A stretch of 57,992 bases of DNA from the NCBI GenBank assembly GCA_964549785.1, contig CAZJXA010000001.1:4083-62074 (forward strand), in the 5' to 3' direction. The position numbers and the translations under genes were made by a program. This DNA comes from an uncultured Phycisphaeraceae bacterium (GTDB lineage: Bacteria; Planctomycetota; Phycisphaerae; Phycisphaerales; UBA1924). This document shows positions 55,236 to 57,992 of this stretch, piece by piece. How positions within the stretch are numbered: the first letter of the stretch is position 1; every line of letters begins with the position of its first letter. Below the pieces are notes generated by a model. That model was not told the origin of the DNA and did no database searches. It worked only from the letters and a program-made list of their open reading frames with translations.

Positions 55236-56677
55236 ACCTTTCCCTGTCCGCGAATGCTGCGTCCACGCCGTGTCGGCGCGTCCGCGCCCTCCGCCGCGAT
55301 CTCTCGGCCTGCCTCTGGGACGGATTCCTGTACTGTGTCATGGTCGGCGTCGGCGAGACCTACCTCGCCGCCTTTGTGCTGCACTTGGGGCTGAGCCCAC
55401 TGCTTTCCGGCCTTGTCACCACCGTGCCCGTGGTGCTCGGGGCTTTCCTGCAACTCGCCACTCCGTGGGCCGTGCGGCGGTGGGGCACGTACGTCGGCTT
55501 CGTCGCGGGCTGCGCCTATGTGCAGGCCGTTCTCTACGTTCCGTTCGCCGCGCTCGCGCTCTTCTCCGAGCCCCTCGCCGCCTGGGCCAAAGCGAACGGA
55601 GCCACCCCATGGCTCGGCGCTGCCGTCTTTTCGTTGGCGACCCTGTACTGGGCTGCGGGATTGGCCTGCGGCCCGGCGTGGACAACGCTCGTCGGCGAGA
55701 TCATCCCCGCACGCATCCGGGCCCACTACTTCGGGGCCCGCAACCGGTTCCTGCAATTCGGAACCCTCATTGGCCTGCTGCTTCACGGCGGCGTGATGCA
55801 GTGGCTGCAGTCCCTCGATCCCGCATCCGCCCCCGCGATTTCGACTTGGAGCTCCATCGGGTTCGCGAGCATGTTCATCACCGCGGCGGTCTGCCGAGGT
55901 GTCTCGGGGCGCCTGCTCTCGACCTATTCCGAGCCGCACCGGCCGGTCGCGATCCGGTCGGTCCCGATGCTTTCGCTCGCCTCGCACCGCCGCGGCGACT
56001 CGTCCTTCCTGCTCTTCCTCGCCGCGATGGGCATCGCCACCCAGATCGCCCAGCCGTTCTTCAATCCGTACATGCTCCAGCACCTCCGCGCGAACCCCGC
56101 GTGGTATTCCGGCCTGCTGGCGGCGGCGCTTCTGGGCAAGGCGCTCGCGCAACCGCTCGCCGGGCGATGGGCTGCCAAGCACGGCGCGGCCCGCCCGATG
56201 ACGATCGCCGCCTTCCTGCTGGTCCCGCTCCCGCTCCTCTGGCTGATCACCGACTCCTTGCTGTGGCTGCTCGTCGGCCAACTGCTTTCCGGGGCGGTGT
56301 GGGGTATGTTTGAACTGGCCGTGTTCCTGCGGAACTTCGAGGCGACCGCCCCGCACGAGCGCATGAGCGTCCTCGCCAACTTCAATTGCCTCAACGAAGC
56401 CGCGAAGACCGGCGGTTCGTTGATGGGCGGCCGCGTCCTCGGAACCGGGTCCGACCCCGCCTACGCCTGGGTCTTCTGGGCGTCCGCCGGAGCGCGGGCG
56501 CTGGCGTTAATCGCTCTCGCTGCCGCCGGGCGCGCCAAGCCCGCCCGGAATGTTGAGACGCTTGTGGATGCCGGTCCCAAGAGCGCCCAGCCGGGACTGG
56601 GAACTCCCGATGAATTCGTGCCCGTGACCCCGACCTCGTCCGATGCGGCCCACGTCGCCCGAATAGGGGCGGTCTGA
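55232..56677 (+). CDS. MFS-type transporter
   Basis: ATGA overlap with the mutL stop. About 12 predicted TM helices (GVGETYLAAFVLHLGLSPLLSGLVTTVPVVLGAFLQL...). Confidence 0.75.
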   Translation: MNLSLSANAASTPCRRVRALRRDLSACLWDGFLYCVMVGVGETYLAAFVLHLGLSPLLSGLVTTVPVVLGAFLQLATPWAVRRWGTYVGFVAGCAYVQAVLYVPFAALALFSEPLAAWAKANGATPWLGAAVFSLATLYWAAGLACGPAWTTLVGEIIPARIRAHYFGARNRFLQFGTLIGLLLHGGVMQWLQSLDPASAPAISTWSSIGFASMFITAAVCRGVSGRLLSTYSEPHRPVAIRSVPMLSLASHRRGDSSFLLFLAAMGIATQIAQPFFNPYMLQHLRANPAWYSGLLAAALLGKALAQPLAGRWAAKHGAARPMTIAAFLLVPLPLLWLITDSLLWLLVGQLLSGAVWGMFELAVFLRNFEATAPHERMSVLANFNCLNEAAKTGGSLMGGRVLGTGSDPAYAWVFWASAGARALALIALAAAGRAKPARNVETLVDAGPKSAQPGLGTPDEFVPVTPTSSDAAHVARIGAV

Positions 56678-56779
56678 GCGTCCGAACGAGCGCCCGCGTC
56701 CGATGAAAGATAACTAACCGGGGCGTAACGCCTATCTGCGTCGGTACGCCCGAGGATGCTTCTCTCAGGAGGACGAAAG

Positions 56780-57526
56780 ATGACAATTCACGACGGCGGT
56801 ATCATGGCCGCATTTTTGGCGGTTTTCAGTGGAGCCGCTTCAGCCCAAATTTTAGGGTCCGCTCAGGAATTCGGCGTCCTCGCGGGGTCGACCGTTACGA
56901 ACACCGGACCCAGCGTTATCACGGGAAGTCTGGGTGTCTCGCCGGGCTTCGCGGTCACGGGTTTTCCACCCGGACTCGTGGTCGATGGAACCATTCACGC
57001 CGGTGATGCGGTCGCGCAGCAGGCCCAGAACGACGTCACGACCGCGTACAACGCTCTGGCCGGTCTCGTCCTTACCCAAGACCTCACGGGGACTGATTTG
57101 GGCGGGCTGACACTCACGCCGGGTGTCTACTTCTTCGCATCGTCGTCGTTCCTCACAGGAACACTCACCCTCGATGCGCAGGGAGACTCCGACGCCCAGT
57201 TCGTCTTCCAAATGGGCAGCACCCTCATTACCGCGAGCAACTCGTCGGTCATCACAATCAATAACGGCGACGCGTGCAACGTCTACTGGCAGGTCGGGAG
57301 TTCCGCGACGCTCGGGGCCGACACTCGGTTCCAAGGTAGCATCCTCGCGTTCACCAGCATCACCCTGAACACCGGTGCCACGCTCGTCGAAGGACGAGCG
57401 CTAGCCCGCAACGGCGCGGTCACGCTCGATTCCAACATCATCACGGCGGGATGCATCCCCGCTCCCGGCGCACCGCTACTTCTCTGCGCGATGCTCGTAG
57501 GTGTGTCTGCCCGCCGCCGACGATGA
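56780..57526 (+). CDS. ice-binding-like (DUF3494) beta-solenoid protein with PEP-CTERM-like anchor
   Basis: ATG 56780 after AGGAGGA. Signal ...AVFSGAASAQ. LGSAQEFGVLAGSTVTNTGPSVITGSLGVSPGFAVTGFPPG...LTPGVYFF...FVFQMGSTL...VYWQVGSSATLG is the DUF3494 pattern. Tail IPAPGAPLLLCAMLVGVSARRRR. Confidence 0.85.
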   Translation: MTIHDGGIMAAFLAVFSGAASAQILGSAQEFGVLAGSTVTNTGPSVITGSLGVSPGFAVTGFPPGLVVDGTIHAGDAVAQQAQNDVTTAYNALAGLVLTQDLTGTDLGGLTLTPGVYFFASSSFLTGTLTLDAQGDSDAQFVFQMGSTLITASNSSVITINNGDACNVYWQVGSSATLGADTRFQGSILAFTSITLNTGATLVEGRALARNGAVTLDSNIITAGCIPAPGAPLLLCAMLVGVSARRRR

Positions 57527-57697
57527 CGGTCGGTGGGCCCGGCTCGCTCGACACCGATAGTTCCTGACGATCAGGCGTTCGGCGACCCCGCCGCGGGGGT
57601 GGGCAACGGGTCGCGTAATCCGCGCTGCCCGCCGATTGCCAGAACGTCGGCGTGCGCAATCAGACAGCGCGGAGGCCGCATAAACTGCCCTCTACGG

Positions 57698-57771
57698 GTT
57701 CCGGTAGCTCAGTTGGATAGAGCAGCCGCCTTCTAAGCGGCAGGTCGCGCGTTCGAGTCGCGCCCGGAGCG
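57698..57771 (+). tRNA. tRNA-Arg (anticodon TCT)
   Basis: GTTCCGGTAGCTCAGTTGGATAGAGCAGCCGCCTTCTAAGCGGCAGGTCGCGCGTTCGAGTCGCGCCCGGAGCG has a 7-bp acceptor (one G-U), anticodon loop CTTCTAA and T loop TTCGAGT. Confidence 0.93.
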
Positions 57772-57909
57772 CTTACGCGGCTTCACAGTTTCCTGATCGC
57801 CGTCGGACGGCTCCCCGGTCCGTCATCTGCTCAAACGACCGGCTTACGCGGCGCGTCAATTTATCGATTCCCACACGTCTGAGCTCTCTTACGCATAACC
57901 TCCGTCGCG

Positions 57910-57983
57910 GTCTTGGTAGCTCAATTGGATAGAGCGTCGGTCTTCGAAACCGAAGGTTGCAGGTTCGAGCCCTGCCCGAGACG
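57910..57983 (+). tRNA. tRNA-Arg (anticodon TCG)
   Basis: GTCTTGGTAGCTCAATTGGATAGAGCGTCGGTCTTCGAAACCGAAGGTTGCAGGTTCGAGCCCTGCCCGAGACG has anticodon stem TCGGT/ACCGA and loop CTTCGAA. Confidence 0.93.
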
Positions 57984-57992
57984 TTGATCTTG

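Noticed and set aside
57698-57992. The pair of tRNA-Arg genes considered as the boundary of an integrated element
   Set aside because: No integrase, direct repeat of a tRNA 3' end or compositional break is visible before the window ends. This cannot be assessed without downstream sequence.

Overview
GC-rich chromosomal segment. The gene content points to Planctomycetota, probably a Phycisphaerae-like organism. The pointers are a DUF1559-type pseudopilin, PEP-CTERM-like anchors, DUF1080 domains, a HEAT-repeat lipoprotein and a PVC-type small basic protein. This assignment is inferred from protein motifs only; no search was possible.

I support 53 protein-coding genes, 3 tRNAs (Gly-GCC, Arg-TCT, Arg-TCG), a type-A RNase P RNA and several intrinsic terminators. 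Many six-frame ORFs are long antisense or out-of-frame artefacts of the high GC content and are rejected. Most start sites were re-picked inside the ORF-track ORFs using ATG/GTG/TTG plus a Shine-Dalgarno sequence or ATGA/GTGA overlaps.

Most of the window is housekeeping:
- Translation and RNA: EF-G-like protein, TsaD, S21, RNase P RNA, RNase HI.
- Central metabolism: PutA, RibF, Rpe, AccD, NuoI, H+-PPase.
- Envelope and repair: Lnt, MutL.

I see no integrase, transposase, CRISPR array, reverse transcriptase or recognisable defence or toxin module, so I cannot point to a clear-cut novel multi-gene system.

The most interesting loci are:
1. A partial LysW carrier-protein amino-acid biosynthesis cluster (lysW-lysX-lysY/argC plus an unknown fourth gene). 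It is preceded by a possible Lys-codon-rich leader peptide and attenuator, and it has three 15-bp tandem repeats inside the lysW-lysX spacer.
2. An accessory-looking patch at 28.9-32 kb. It holds two tandem paralogous secreted proteins of unknown family that carry an IPAPGA...RRRR (PEP-CTERM-variant) anchor, followed by an orphan WYL/YafY regulator.
3. An EF-G paralogue lacking the catalytic His.
4. A eukaryote-type GT3 glycogen synthase, with a eukaryote-type UDP-sugar pyrophosphorylase about 4 kb away.
5. Several apparent pseudo-enzymes.

All functional calls rest on motifs read by eye and on family knowledge. Coordinates of RNA ends and many starts are approximate.
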